A DNA stretch of 64,000 bases from an archaeon (GCA_043814055.1 JBDRKL010000009.1:13141-77140); one strand, 5' to 3'. Positions 16,327-26,392 are shown, counted from the first letter of the stretch. Numbers and translations are program-made. Notes: generated by a model from the sequence alone, not told the origin.

Positions 16327-16911
16327 TTACTTCTTTTCCGATTTTGCCGCTGCCGGCTTTGACTCTTCTTTCTTTCCTTCGGCTTTTGGCTGATGGGACT
16401 TTGCCCTCTGCTCTTGCTTGAACTTTTCATGACCAGGGAGTGCTATCTTCTCCTTTCTCGGAGCTTCCTTATAAACCGCCTCTTTCTTTACTTTCGGCGT
16501 TTTGTAAACCACATAAGCCACATTGTCCAAGAGCTTCTGCCCCTGCGGGGTGATGCTCCTGCCTTTCTTGGAGTTTTTCACGTAGCCTGCGAGCTCAAGC
16601 TGCTTCATAAGCGCCCTGATAATTGAGCCTGACGCTTTTCTGTGCTCTTCCGGCTTTACCCCGCGGTTCCTTGCCCCGCCGTATTCTGTCCTTAGCCTTG
16701 AAACACCAACAGGACCTCTTACGTAAATCTTGCGCAGCATTGAAGCGGCGCGGATATACCAAAAGTCCGGCTGCTCAGGCGGCCTCTCGCAGTGCGCTCC
16801 GCTCTTGGCGAACTGCGCCCACTCCGGCGGCTTTATCTGCTCGTTCTTCTTCAGCTCTTCTTTTACCGCATTGATTAAGTCCAATGCGTCAACATCGTTT
16901 ACATTTACCAT
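16327..16911 (-). CDS. rps19e: Ribosomal protein S19e with a Lys-rich C-terminal extension
   Basis: VNDVDALDLINAVKEELKK...PEWAQFAKSGAHCERPPEQPDFWYIRAASMLRKIYVRGPVGVSRLRTEYGG. Confidence 0.85.
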   Translation of the reverse strand: MVNVNDVDALDLINAVKEELKKNEQIKPPEWAQFAKSGAHCERPPEQPDFWYIRAASMLRKIYVRGPVGVSRLRTEYGGARNRGVKPEEHRKASGSIIRALMKQLELAGYVKNSKKGRSITPQGQKLLDNVAYVVYKTPKVKKEAVYKEAPRKEKIALPGHEKFKQEQRAKSHQPKAEGKKEESKPAAAKSEKK

Positions 16912-17002
16912 TTTTATTCCTGTAACCCTAATTAACTGGAAATCGTGCTTTATGAAATGGGTTAAGTAATATATAAAAGCATCTTTGAATAATCAAACAA
17001 AG

Positions 17003-17548
17003 ATGGAGATTAAGAAGTTTAGTAAAAAAGGCATAGAGAAGCGTTTTGCTAAACTTTCAGAGGATTACATAAAATTTCTCAAAGAAGCCGGGGAATTCAC
17101 GAATAAATTTAACGCAAAGGAGAGCATACGGGACTCAAGCGTCATTTTTGCAGCGTATTGGTTTGGTGACATAATTGGGTGGGTTACTTTAATAGAGAAA
17201 GACAGTCCATTATATGAAAGATACTATGCGGAAGTCAAAGCGGAAAAGTTTCTCCCTAAGAAAGATATTGCATTTGGAGCGGACCTTTTAGTCCATCCAA
17301 AACACAGAGAAGGGAAATTGGAGATAGAACTCTATCAAAAACACGTCAAGGATGCCATAAAGAGAAATCTTGTTTTTGTTGATATTGTAAATTTTGACAA
17401 AGTTGAAATGTACACTAAAGCAGTGAATGAGAAAGACATGACTCTGGATTATACAGGGTTAGTATCAAATAGGAGCATTTTAAAAGAGGAAGAAGTGCTT
17501 ATTTGCATAAAGAAGAAGATTAAACGAAAAAGAAAGAAGCGGAAATAA
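17003..17548 (+). CDS. Hypothetical protein, weakly GNAT-like, with a poly-Lys/Arg tail
   Basis: IIGWVTLIEKD...LLVHPKHREGKLEIELYQKHVKDAIKRN resembles GNAT motif A. AT-rich by eye. Confidence 0.35.
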   Translation: MEIKKFSKKGIEKRFAKLSEDYIKFLKEAGEFTNKFNAKESIRDSSVIFAAYWFGDIIGWVTLIEKDSPLYERYYAEVKAEKFLPKKDIAFGADLLVHPKHREGKLEIELYQKHVKDAIKRNLVFVDIVNFDKVEMYTKAVNEKDMTLDYTGLVSNRSILKEEEVLICIKKKIKRKRKKRK

Positions 17549-17872
17549 TTATTTCTTATACGGAATCCGCATTACTTCACCGCATTCCTCGCAGTGAATT
17601 ACAAGATGAGGGAAGCGGTTTTGGTTCAGCCTGACCTTGCAGTTCTTGCCCATTTTCAGGTACGCGTGGCAGTGCTTGCAGTATTTGCGCTTGTATTCCT
17701 TTGAGATTCGCACGCGGTATTTCATCCCGATTTTTCTTGCCAGCTCAACATAGCGGTTGGCGTGCTCTGAGCTTCCCTCAGCTTCCTTGAATAAAATTTC
17801 AATCCGCTCAGCTGCGATAGACTTCTGCGCAGGGGATTTCTTGAATCTTCGTTTCATCTCAGGAGTTCGCAA
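17549..17872 (-). CDS. rnp4: RNase P protein component 4 (Rpp21/Rpr2)
   Basis: AERIEILFKEA...ANRYVELARKIGMKYRVRI...YCKHCHAYL...IHCEECGEVMRIPY is a zinc ribbon of the Rpr2 family. Confidence 0.8.
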   Translation of the reverse strand: MRTPEMKRRFKKSPAQKSIAAERIEILFKEAEGSSEHANRYVELARKIGMKYRVRISKEYKRKYCKHCHAYLKMGKNCKVRLNQNRFPHLVIHCEECGEVMRIPYKK

Positions 17873-18089
17873 CAGCCATCAGGTCGCGCTCTTGCTTGGT
17901 GACTTTCTTCCAGCACTTCTTGCAGTAGCGCTCGTTCTTCCACTGGCGCGAGCAGGACTTGTGCATTGGTTTTTCGCAGTTTTTGCACACGAGGTCCGGG
18001 TTTGCTCCTGCGCAGGTCACGCAATTTGAGCTTTCGCTCGGCTGTTCAGATTCCTCTGCTTCTTTTTTCTTGAATAGGTTTAGAGCCAT
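17859..18089 (-). CDS. Small zinc-ribbon protein
   Basis: Cys pairs CVTC...CKNC...CKKC. It overlaps the rnp4 start by 14 nt. Confidence 0.45.
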   Translation of the reverse strand: MALNLFKKKEAEESEQPSESSNCVTCAGANPDLVCKNCEKPMHKSCSRQWKNERYCKKCWKKVTKQERDLMAVANS

Positions 18090-18183
18090 AAGATAGAATA
18101 GATTAGCAGGATATTAAAGCTTAGCATTGAGCGCCCGATAGAAAACATATAAATCACCTAATAGAAAAGAACCAGAGGTTAAA

Positions 18184-18468
18184 ATGAAAGTAAAAGAACT
18201 AATGGACAGAATCCCTGTGGACGAGATAACGCTGAAGATAACTGACAAGCAGGAGCCGCGCAAAATACCAGGCAAAACGCTCACGGTCTGCGAGTGCACA
18301 GGCGAGGACGACACAGGCAAGGTTATAGTGACGCTTTGGAACGACGAGATTCGCCTGATTGACATAGATGACACTGTAAAAATCACCAAGGGCTGGGCGT
18401 CCAGGTATGATGACGAGTTAACGGTTTCAGCCGGCAAGTTTGGGAAGATTGAAGTTGTGGATGAGTAG
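18184..18468 (+). CDS. Single OB-fold nucleic-acid-binding protein
   Basis: ITLKITDKQEPRKI...CECTGEDDTGKVIVTLWNDEIRLIDIDDTVKITKGWASRYDDELTVSAGKFGKIEV is a typical short OB/RPA-like pattern. Confidence 0.55.
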   Translation: MKVKELMDRIPVDEITLKITDKQEPRKIPGKTLTVCECTGEDDTGKVIVTLWNDEIRLIDIDDTVKITKGWASRYDDELTVSAGKFGKIEVVDE

Positions 18469-18557
18469 AGAAAAGATATTAAAAAAATAAACCCACAATA
18501 GTTAAGAAAAGTATAAAAGAACAGCAATAAATAAACAGATAAGGGGTAGGCAAAAGA

Positions 18558-19379
18558 ATGATGGAATCATACTACGAAAAACCAGGATTTAAGCTATATC
18601 ACTCGGATTCGTTTGAACTTTTGAAGGATTTGCCAGAGAATTCTGTAGATATGATTTTTGCCGATCCACCATATTTCCTTTCAAACGGCAGTTTCACATG
18701 TCAAAATGGAAAAATGGTTAGCGTAAAGAAAGGAAATTGGGACATGGGCAATGGCACAAAACAAGATTTTGATTTTCATTTGGATTGGCTAAACGCTTGC
18801 AGGAGAGTCCTAAAGCCAAATGGAACAATTTGGATTAGCGGAACATACCACTCAATTTACCAGTGCGGCTTTGCACTACAAATGAATAATTTCCACATTT
18901 TGAATGATATTGCCTGGTTTAAGCCTAACGCCTCACCTAATTTGAGCTGCAGATTCTTTACCGCTAGCCACGAAACCCTAATTTGGGCTCGCAAGAATAA
19001 GGAAGCAAAGCACACTTTTAATTATGATATTACTAAAACCGGAAACTGGCCTGAAGACCAGTTAAAAAAAGAGGGGTTACAGATGCGCTCTGTTTGGTCA
19101 ATACCAACGCCCAAGCCACAGGAGAAAACCTTCGGCAAACACCCAACGCAAAAGTCATTGGATCTGCTGAGAAGAATTGTATTAGCAAGCACTAACAAGG
19201 GCGATTTGATTCTTGATCCTTTTACAGGAAGCTCCACAACAGGTCTGGCTGCCCATATGTATGGAAGGGATTTTATTGGAATTGACAATGAACAAAAATA
19301 TCTAGATCTATCCATTAAACGCTTTGAAGAACTGGAAAATAATCTAAAAAAAGAGAAAACCACCGGCGGTTTGATATGA
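18558..19379 (+). CDS. N6-adenine DNA methyltransferase, DpnA (M2.DpnII)-like, beta class
   Basis: SVDMIFADPPYFLSNG...LKPNGTIWISG...PNLSCRFFTASHETLIWARK...GKHPTQKSLDLLRRIVLASTNKGDLILDPFTGSSTTG is near-collinear with DpnA as I recall it. Confidence 0.85.
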   Translation: MMESYYEKPGFKLYHSDSFELLKDLPENSVDMIFADPPYFLSNGSFTCQNGKMVSVKKGNWDMGNGTKQDFDFHLDWLNACRRVLKPNGTIWISGTYHSIYQCGFALQMNNFHILNDIAWFKPNASPNLSCRFFTASHETLIWARKNKEAKHTFNYDITKTGNWPEDQLKKEGLQMRSVWSIPTPKPQEKTFGKHPTQKSLDLLRRIVLASTNKGDLILDPFTGSSTTGLAAHMYGRDFIGIDNEQKYLDLSIKRFEELENNLKKEKTTGGLI

Positions 19380-20293
19380 AAAAAATTGAATTTTATGAAA
19401 AGACGCTAAAATGCAACACAGCGGATGAAGTTTTTAACCACATTATTTCAACTTTTAAACCAAGCATACTTACATGGTCTTATTTTGTGAATTGGGATAA
19501 GGTTTTTCAGAACACGAAAGATATTGAGATAGGGCTTAACAAACTAAATTATCTAATCGGCAAAGAGGATTTTGATAAAGAATTCAGATATCTAATAAAA
19601 AAAGAGGCAGAGCTTCTAAAAATCATTCCAGCACTGGTTGTGAGGGATGGTCAGAACACTTTAAAATTCAAAATTTTGGTTGATTACAGTCAAAAAAAGA
19701 TGGTGTATGAAGAATATGACTTTAACAAAGATACTTTAACAGACGAGAATATTGAAAAGTGCCTGACTTTTGTTAAGGAAACTGGCTTGAAAAAATTGAT
19801 TACCTCCGGAAGTATCAAAAATTTAGTGGATTATATGATTGGGGTTGAGGCAGGATTGGACAGCAATGGACGAAAAAACCGTTCCGGCAGTGCAATGGAA
19901 AACATTGTTGAAATGTTCATAAAAGACATTTGCAACAGGAAGAACTTCAGATATTTAAGGCAGGCAGATGCAAAAAAGATCAAAGAAGAGTTTGGATACG
20001 ATGTCCCGGTTGACAAGTCATCAAGAAGGTATGATTTTGTAATTGACACTGGAAAAGAGCTTGTCCTTTTTGAAACAAACTTTTACGGCGGCGGTGGCTC
20101 AAAACTAAAATCAACAGCAGGCGAGTACAGAAATCTGTTTGACATACTTGAAGACAAATACAAATTTATTTGGATTACAGACGGACTTGGCTGGAAAACA
20201 ACTCAAAAACCGTTGCGAGAAACATTTGAGCATAATGATTATCTGTTTAATTTGGATATGCTGGAAAAAAAGGTATTAGATGTAGTGTTGTAG
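19376..20293 (+). CDS. Type II restriction endonuclease, DpnII/MboI (GATC) family
   Basis: LVDYMIGVEAGLDSNGRKNRSGSAMENIVE...RYDFVI...LFETNFYGGGGSKLKSTAGEY...FIWITDGLGWKTTQKPLRETF matches the R.DpnII pattern. 4-bp overlap with the methyltransferase gene. Confidence 0.85.
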   Translation: MKKIEFYEKTLKCNTADEVFNHIISTFKPSILTWSYFVNWDKVFQNTKDIEIGLNKLNYLIGKEDFDKEFRYLIKKEAELLKIIPALVVRDGQNTLKFKILVDYSQKKMVYEEYDFNKDTLTDENIEKCLTFVKETGLKKLITSGSIKNLVDYMIGVEAGLDSNGRKNRSGSAMENIVEMFIKDICNRKNFRYLRQADAKKIKEEFGYDVPVDKSSRRYDFVIDTGKELVLFETNFYGGGGSKLKSTAGEYRNLFDILEDKYKFIWITDGLGWKTTQKPLRETFEHNDYLFNLDMLEKKVLDVVL

Positions 20294-20304
20294 GAGAGTA
20301 AGAG

Positions 20305-20376
20305 TGGACCCGGCCCGGATTGAACGGGCGACCTCTGCCATGTGAGGGCAGTGTCATACCACTAGACCACGGGTCC
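20305..20376 (-). tRNA. tRNA-Val (CAC), no intron, CCA not encoded
   Basis: GGACCCGTGGTCTAGTGGTATGACACTGCCCTCACATGGCAGAGGTCGCCCGTTCAATCCGGGCCGGGTCCA folds as a cloverleaf with anticodon loop CTCACAT. Confidence 0.85.
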
Positions 20377-20404
20377 AACGGCATACAAATCAGCTAGAAT
20401 CTAT

Positions 20405-20971
20405 TTAAACCTTAGTTAGCTCAGCAAAATTCTTAAAAATCTCCGCCCCGTGCTCTGTGTGCTGGACTTCAGGGTGGAATTGCACGCCGAATATTGGTTT
20501 TGACACGTGCCTGATTGCCTCGTAGGGGCAGTCCTTTGAATGCGCCAGAGCCTTGAGCTGGTCAGAGATTGCGGTTACTTCGTCATTGTGCGAGTTCCAT
20601 ACCTTTATTGTGCTCGGCAGGCCTTTGAAGAGCTCGTCGGGCTCGTCGATTATTAGTTCTGTAATGCCGTACTCAGGAGTTCCCGCGGGTTTTGCCTCCC
20701 CGCCGAAGTGCTTTGCGATTAACTGGTGTCCTGCGCACATGCCGAGTATTGGGCCGTTGAACTTGTCCAGGTATAACTCGCAGTTGCCCATGCCGAATTC
20801 TTCACCGCCGCCAACGCTCAACCCAGAGCCGGAGAACGCGACTGCATCCGCGCTGAGCTCTTCAATCGGAGTTGTGTTCGGCAGGATTTCGGAGTCGTAC
20901 TCTAAGTCCTGAAAAGTGCGCATAATGCGATGCGTGTACTGCCCTCCGTTGTCGATAACTGCGATGTTCAT
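20405..20971 (-). CDS. guaAA: GMP synthase, glutamine amidotransferase subunit A (start at MNIAVIDNGGQY)
   Basis: GATase-1 motifs GMCAGHQL and HPE. Confidence 0.85.
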   Translation of the reverse strand: MNIAVIDNGGQYTHRIMRTFQDLEYDSEILPNTTPIEELSADAVAFSGSGLSVGGGEEFGMGNCELYLDKFNGPILGMCAGHQLIAKHFGGEAKPAGTPEYGITELIIDEPDELFKGLPSTIKVWNSHNDEVTAISDQLKALAHSKDCPYEAIRHVSKPIFGVQFHPEVQHTEHGAEIFKNFAELTKV

Positions 20972-20975
20972 TTTA

Positions 20976-21935
20976 TTATTCCCACTCAATAGTCCCCGGC
21001 GGCTTGTTCGTGATGTCATAAACCACGCGGTTCACGTCCTTCTTCAGCGTGTTCGTGATTCTTGTTGAAATACGCTCCATCAATTCAGGCGGAAACCTTG
21101 AAAAGTTCGCAGTCATCCCGTCCGCGCTCGCGACTGCGCGCAGGCCAATCACGTAGCCGTATGTCCTCAAATCACCCTGCACCCCAACAGTCCGCACTGG
21201 AAGCAGAACCGCGAAGTACTGCCACGGTTCTTCAATCTCGCCGCGCTCTACTGCCTGTTTGATTTCATCTCGGTAAATATAATCTGCTTCCTGAAGAACT
21301 GCGGCTTTTTCAGGCGTAACCTCGCCCAAAATTCGTACTCCAAGCCCTGGACCTGGAAATGGCTGTTTCTCGTAAAGCTCTTTCGGAACTCCGAGAGCTT
21401 CGCAGACCTGCCGCACCTCGTCCTTGTAAAGGTCGCGTAGCGGTTCTACGAGTTTAAGATTCATTTTTTCAGGGAGTCCACCCACGTTGTGATGCGATTT
21501 AATATTGTCGCGCAGTCCACCCCCAGATTCAATCCAGTCAGGCGCGATTGTGCCTTGAACTAAGTACTCAGCACCCACTGCTTTTGCCTTTTTCTCAAAA
21601 ACTTCAATGAATTTGTTCCCGATAATCTTGCGCTTCTCTTCCGGCTCTGTTGCGCCCTTGAGCGCTGTGAAGAATAAATCTTTCTCATCCGCGAGCTCTG
21701 CGTTAACACCCATCATTTTGAGCGCTTCAACAACTTCAATGCTCTCGTTTTTCCTCATTAAGCCAGTGTCAACGTGAACTGCGTGCAATCTGTCACCAAG
21801 AGCTTTGGCGCACAATGCCGTGGCTGCTGTAGAATCAACCCCGCCTGAGACTGCGATTATTGCCTTGCCTGGAGCTGGGATGTCCTGCTTGAGCTTGTTT
21901 ATTGCTTTTTGAATAAATGCGTTTGGGTCTTTCAT
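20976..21935 (-). CDS. guaAB: GMP synthase, ATP pyrophosphatase subunit B
   Basis: PP-loop AVSGGVDST and the C-terminal dimerisation domain ending GTIEWE. Confidence 0.9.
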   Translation of the reverse strand: MKDPNAFIQKAINKLKQDIPAPGKAIIAVSGGVDSTAATALCAKALGDRLHAVHVDTGLMRKNESIEVVEALKMMGVNAELADEKDLFFTALKGATEPEEKRKIIGNKFIEVFEKKAKAVGAEYLVQGTIAPDWIESGGGLRDNIKSHHNVGGLPEKMNLKLVEPLRDLYKDEVRQVCEALGVPKELYEKQPFPGPGLGVRILGEVTPEKAAVLQEADYIYRDEIKQAVERGEIEEPWQYFAVLLPVRTVGVQGDLRTYGYVIGLRAVASADGMTANFSRFPPELMERISTRITNTLKKDVNRVVYDITNKPPGTIEWE

Positions 21936-22924
21936 TAGTATACCGTGCCCTTGAACTTAACGTGATTTCCGTTCACTGCCTTGCCCAAAATCATTGGCTG
22001 GTCTTTCTCAAGCAATCTGAGCGTTGGCTCAACATTACTCTCTGAAACCACTACGCAGAAGCCGATGCCCATGTTGAATGTCTTGTACATTTCGTCTTCA
22101 GGAATATTACCGCCGCGCTGGATTTTCTCAAATATCAGGTGCGGGTTGGGCCAGTTCTTTACGTCAAAACCGATTTCCTTGTTTAATCTTTTCAGGTTCA
22201 TCAGCCCACCACCGGTCATATGAGCCAATCCCTTTACCGGGACGTGGTTGAGCAGGTGGAGTATTTGTTTGACGTAAATCTTGGTTGGTGTCAAAAGTTC
22301 CGCGAGAATAGCTGTGTCATTCATGTCAAGAACTTTGCGCGCAAGCGTCAGCCCGTTTGAATGAACCCCTGAGCTCTTCAGGCCGATGAGCACGTCGCCT
22401 TCCTTGATGTGCTCGCCTGTGATGACTTTGTCCTTGTCAATTATGCCGAGCGCGGTTCCTGCCAAATCATAGCCCTTGAGCATATCCGGCAGAGTCGCGG
22501 TTTCCCCGCCGATTACAGCAACCCCTGCCTGGTTCGCGCCGTCGCATATTCCGCGCATCAATTGTTCAATTACAGCAGGCTCGTGCTTCTCCACCGCGAG
22601 ATAGTCAACCATGGCAATTGGAGTTGCGCCAAGGCAGATTAAGTCGTTCACGTTCATCGCGACCATGTCTATGCCAACTGTGTCAAACTTGCCAAGCGCT
22701 TCAGCAACTAGCATTTTTGAGCCTACTCCGTCAGTGCACATCACAACTGCCTGGCCGTGGCCAACATCAACCAAATTAGCATAATGCCCCATTGAGGCCA
22801 TCACCTTGTCAGGCTGGTTCTCAAAAGTGCTGGACAGCATCGCGGTTATCCTGCCGACTGAATCGTCCTCCTGTTTCCGGTCAACCCCTGCGTTCGCGTA
22901 GGTCCAGAAGTCGGTCAAAACCAA
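21935..22924 (-). CDS. purM: AIR synthetase
   Basis: Typical PurM pattern DGVGSK...GGETA...HMTGGG. Confidence 0.9.
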   Translation of the reverse strand: MVLTDFWTYANAGVDRKQEDDSVGRITAMLSSTFENQPDKVMASMGHYANLVDVGHGQAVVMCTDGVGSKMLVAEALGKFDTVGIDMVAMNVNDLICLGATPIAMVDYLAVEKHEPAVIEQLMRGICDGANQAGVAVIGGETATLPDMLKGYDLAGTALGIIDKDKVITGEHIKEGDVLIGLKSSGVHSNGLTLARKVLDMNDTAILAELLTPTKIYVKQILHLLNHVPVKGLAHMTGGGLMNLKRLNKEIGFDVKNWPNPHLIFEKIQRGGNIPEDEMYKTFNMGIGFCVVVSESNVEPTLRLLEKDQPMILGKAVNGNHVKFKGTVY

Positions 22925-23520
22925 TCACCTCTTCGCTCTTTCTTTTTTGGCTTTGGCGCTTCTTCAGTTGTTGAGCTTTCCTCGCTTCCGAAAAAGCCTC
23001 CAATATTAACTGGCTCGTCAGGCTTTGTGGAGCGCATGAAATCTGGAACATAGTCCGCGCTTGAGCTGGTTGAGCTTTCGTAAGAACGAGGACTCTCGTC
23101 AGAGTCAGATGACCGCTCTCTGAGAACCTCAGGATACTTTATCGCGAGTATGCGTATTGCAAGATACGCTGCGTTCTTGCCGTTGTCAATGCCTACTGTT
23201 GCAGTCGGGACACCTGGAGGCATTTGAACAATTGACAAAAGCGCGTCAAGCCCGCCGAGCTTGGAATCAACAGGCACTCCGATTACAGGCTTCGCGGTCA
23301 TTGAAGCAACAACACCCGGCAACGCAGCTGCGAGGCCAGCGATGCATATGAAAACATCAGACTCAGCGCTTCGCACAATATCCTTGACCTTATCTGGGTT
23401 GCGGTGCGCGGACGCGACCTGAAGGTCGTAGGGGATTGAATACTTCTCAAGAACCTCAACAGCTTTGTCAGCGATGTGCTTGTCGCTTTCAGAGCCCATT
23501 AGGATTGTTACGTGTTTCAT
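22915..23520 (-). CDS. purE: PurE (CAIR mutase family) with a Ser/Glu/Lys-rich C-terminal tail of about 60 aa
   Basis: [14 protein letters not shown]...SAHRNPDKV...[12 protein letters not shown]...PVIGVP. Confidence 0.85.
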   Translation of the reverse strand: MKHVTILMGSESDKHIADKAVEVLEKYSIPYDLQVASAHRNPDKVKDIVRSAESDVFICIAGLAAALPGVVASMTAKPVIGVPVDSKLGGLDALLSIVQMPPGVPTATVGIDNGKNAAYLAIRILAIKYPEVLRERSSDSDESPRSYESSTSSSADYVPDFMRSTKPDEPVNIGGFFGSEESSTTEEAPKPKKKERRGDWF

Positions 23521-23551
23521 AGGTTAGTCTATGCCTCCGTACTTATTAATA

Positions 23552-24874
23552 TTATCCACGCAGCTCTTTCATATGGTCAATGCGCTTCTGCACCAGCTCT
23601 GGCTTGCCAATGTCAGGCCTGTAGAACAATTTGTCGCACTGCACGGATGAGATTGCAGACTCTGCGATTTTCTCAGCTTCTTCAATCGTGTCTGCGAAGC
23701 CTGTGATTCCAAATGAGCGCGATGTGCTTGTGTAAAGCTCGCCATCTTTCAGGTCAACTGAGGCGTAGTAGAGCTTTGCGCCGAGCCGCGTGATTTCTTC
23801 CTCGTCAATTGAGACCTTTGCGCCTGACTCAGGGCTCTCAGGGTAGCCTGTTGGGACAAGGTACTTGCAGACCGAGGCAAGATTTTCAAACTCAATAACT
23901 TTTGGCAAACTACCCTCAAGCATTGACTGGCACAGGAAGCTGAAATCGGTCTTGAGTAATGGGAGAATGTTCATCGCTTCCGGGTCGCCGAAGCGCACGT
24001 TGTATTCAATAATTTTTGGTCCGTCCTTTGTGAGCATAAACTGCCCGTAGAGAACGCCCTTGTAAATTGTTCCGGTTCTTTTCTTCAGCGCAGCGATTGT
24101 GCGCTTCATAATGTCAAGCGCTTCGTCAACATCTTTCTGCTCAAGAAAAGGCAATAGGTGATTTGCGTCAGAGTATGAGCCCATTCCGCCTGTCATCGGT
24201 CCTGTGTCGCCCTCGTGCGCCTGCTTGTGGTCCTGCACAAGTGGAAGCGGAACAACTTCTGTGCCGTCTGTGAAAACATGGAGCGTGAACTCCTCCCCAA
24301 CGAGTTTTTCCTCAATTACCACAACGCCTGAGCCGCCAATTTGGTTCTCAACAACCTCAAGCGCGTAGTCCCGCGCCTCATACAAGTCCCTGAGCTGCTG
24401 ACCCATGACCTTGACGCCCTTGCCGCCGGTGAGCCCTGCGGGCTTGATGACTATTTCTGTGTCAAATTCCTGAATCGCTTTGAGAACATCCTCGCGGTTG
24501 GAGCACACGCGGAACTTGGGGTAGCCGCCGTCAAGATGCTCCTGCATCAGGTCGCGGCAGAACGCCTTGTCAGACTCAAGCCGGGCTGCAGCGCTTGTCG
24601 GACCAACCACGCCAAAGCCGTTCTTCTGCAATTCATCCCCAACGCCTTTAGCAAGCGGGTCCTCAGGGCCGATGAAAATGTAGTCAGGCTTCACGTGGAG
24701 CGCGTATTTCAAAACTGCTTTTGAATTATTAATGTCGCCGAGTTCGTGACCTTTTGCAAGCGCCATTATGCCAGGGTTGCGGGCCTTCATAAACGCGTAG
24801 AGCTCTGAGCCCTTTGCCATCTGCTCAGCAAGCGCGTGTTCACGCGCTCCGTTGCCTATTAGGAGGGATTTCAA
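23552..24874 (-). CDS. purD: GAR synthetase (TTG start)
   Basis: MKSLLIGNGAREHALA and an ATP-grasp body. The start lies inside E-element E2. Confidence 0.9.
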   Translation of the reverse strand: MKSLLIGNGAREHALAEQMAKGSELYAFMKARNPGIMALAKGHELGDINNSKAVLKYALHVKPDYIFIGPEDPLAKGVGDELQKNGFGVVGPTSAAARLESDKAFCRDLMQEHLDGGYPKFRVCSNREDVLKAIQEFDTEIVIKPAGLTGGKGVKVMGQQLRDLYEARDYALEVVENQIGGSGVVVIEEKLVGEEFTLHVFTDGTEVVPLPLVQDHKQAHEGDTGPMTGGMGSYSDANHLLPFLEQKDVDEALDIMKRTIAALKKRTGTIYKGVLYGQFMLTKDGPKIIEYNVRFGDPEAMNILPLLKTDFSFLCQSMLEGSLPKVIEFENLASVCKYLVPTGYPESPESGAKVSIDEEEITRLGAKLYYASVDLKDGELYTSTSRSFGITGFADTIEEAEKIAESAISSVQCDKLFYRPDIGKPELVQKRIDHMKELRG

Positions 24875-24879
24875 AGCTT

Positions 24880-24944
24880 CACCGCCCTTAACAGCTTTGA
24901 AATAAACGCGAAGCTGTATAACAAATTTCTTGCTTTGCGTTTCA
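24880..24944 (-). promoter_or_regulatory. E-element copy E2 between purF and purD
   Basis: Sense strand: gaaacgcaaagcaa-N16-CAGCTTcgcgtttatttcAAAGCTG-ttaagggcggtgaagcTTTGaaa. Confidence 0.6.
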
Positions 24945-24946
24945 CT

Positions 24947-26392
24947 TCAATTGTCCTCCCCGCGCTCGCACTTCCTGCACTTGTCAAGAAGGTCTGCGTA
25001 TTTTTTAATATCAGTTGGGTATTCCCCGTTTAGGCAGGCAAGGCAGAGGTTTTCCTTTGGCATTCCGGTTGACTCCACGAGGCCGTCAATTGTCTGGTAA
25101 GTGAGGGAGTCTGCTCCGATTTTCTTTGCGATTTCATCAACCGACAGCCCAGAAGCTATGAGCTCATCCTTAGTTGGGAAGTCAACGCCGTAGTAGCACG
25201 GCTCTGTGAGCGGCGGGCAGGAGCTGAGGAAGTGTACTTCCTTTGCGCCGACTTCGCGGAGCATTTGGATTATGCGCTTTGAAGTTGTGCCGCGGACAAT
25301 GCTGTCGTCAACGAGCGCAACGCGCTTCCCGCTGATTTCTTTGATTACAGGATTGAGCTTTGTGCGCACAGCGCTTTCCCTGTTTTTCTGAGTAGGCATT
25401 AAGAATGTTCTCCCCACGTAGCGGTTCTTGATAAGGCCTTCGCGATATGGGACTCCGATTTCAGTTGCAAAAGTTAGCGCAGCTGTTCGGGAAGTGTCTG
25501 GCGCAGGTATTACAACATCAACTTCAATCTTCTTTTTCATCCACTCCTTGGCAAGCATCCTGCCGAGCTCAAGCCGAGCTTCGTAAACGCCGTGCTTTTC
25601 TATAACAGAGTCAGGCCGTGCGAAGTAGACCCATTCAAACATGCAGTGCCTGCGCTGTTCTTTTTTTATGCTTTTTGTAGTGACTACTCCGTCCTTGGAA
25701 ATGAACACTGCTTCGCCGGGCTCTAAATCTTTAACAACCTTGTAGCCGAGTACGTCAAGCACAACGGTTTCGGATGCAAATATGTGTTGATCTTTTCCAT
25801 CAACCACGCGCTTGCCCCAGATGATTGGCCTTATGCCGTGCGGGTCGCGGAAAGCGAGCAGGCCTTCGCGCGCGATAAGCGTTACTACAGAATAGCTACC
25901 GTTCAGGCGCTCCATTGTTTTTGAAATTGCGTCAAATATGATTTCAGGGTTGAGGCCGTTGCCGTTTGCTTTTGAAAGCTCGGTCGCGAAGAGCTTGAGT
26001 ATGAGTTCAGCATCGCAGTTAGTGCGTATCTGCCTGTGGCACTCACCCATCAGGTGCTTGCGGAGCTCGTCGTAGTTCACTGTGTTTCCGTTGTGCGCCA
26101 TCCCAATGCCATATGGGTAGCCGGTCTGGATTGGCTGGGCGTCCCTGCGCACGTCAGAGCCGATGGTGGGGTAGCGCACGTGGCCGATGCCAATATTGCC
26201 TTTGAGTTCGTGCAGGTTCACGCTGTTGAAGCATTCTGATACAAGCCCTGGGCCTTTCTTCATGTGAAGCGCATCACCATCAAAAGTTAGAATTCCACAG
26301 CCATCCTGCCCGCGGTGCTGTATCTGCAGCAATCCATTGAATAGCTCAAATGCAACATTTTCCGGGCCAATGATTCCTATAAATCCGCACAT
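24947..26392 (-). CDS. purF: Amidophosphoribosyltransferase
   Basis: N-terminal MCGFIGI (Ntn Cys), PRTase motif VALVDDSIVRGTT, C-terminal Cys cluster. Confidence 0.9.
   Translation of the reverse strand: MCGFIGIIGPENVAFELFNGLLQIQHRGQDGCGILTFDGDALHMKKGPGLVSECFNSVNLHELKGNIGIGHVRYPTIGSDVRRDAQPIQTGYPYGIGMAHNGNTVNYDELRKHLMGECHRQIRTNCDAELILKLFATELSKANGNGLNPEIIFDAISKTMERLNGSYSVVTLIAREGLLAFRDPHGIRPIIWGKRVVDGKDQHIFASETVVLDVLGYKVVKDLEPGEAVFISKDGVVTTKSIKKEQRRHCMFEWVYFARPDSVIEKHGVYEARLELGRMLAKEWMKKKIEVDVVIPAPDTSRTAALTFATEIGVPYREGLIKNRYVGRTFLMPTQKNRESAVRTKLNPVIKEISGKRVALVDDSIVRGTTSKRIIQMLREVGAKEVHFLSSCPPLTEPCYYGVDFPTKDELIASGLSVDEIAKKIGADSLTYQTIDGLVESTGMPKENLCLACLNGEYPTDIKKYADLLDKCRKCERGEDN

Noticed and set aside
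18114-18527. A 137-aa minus-strand ORF.
   Set aside because: It is antisense to the OB-fold gene. Its Ser/Ile/Phe-rich low-complexity translation has no start context.
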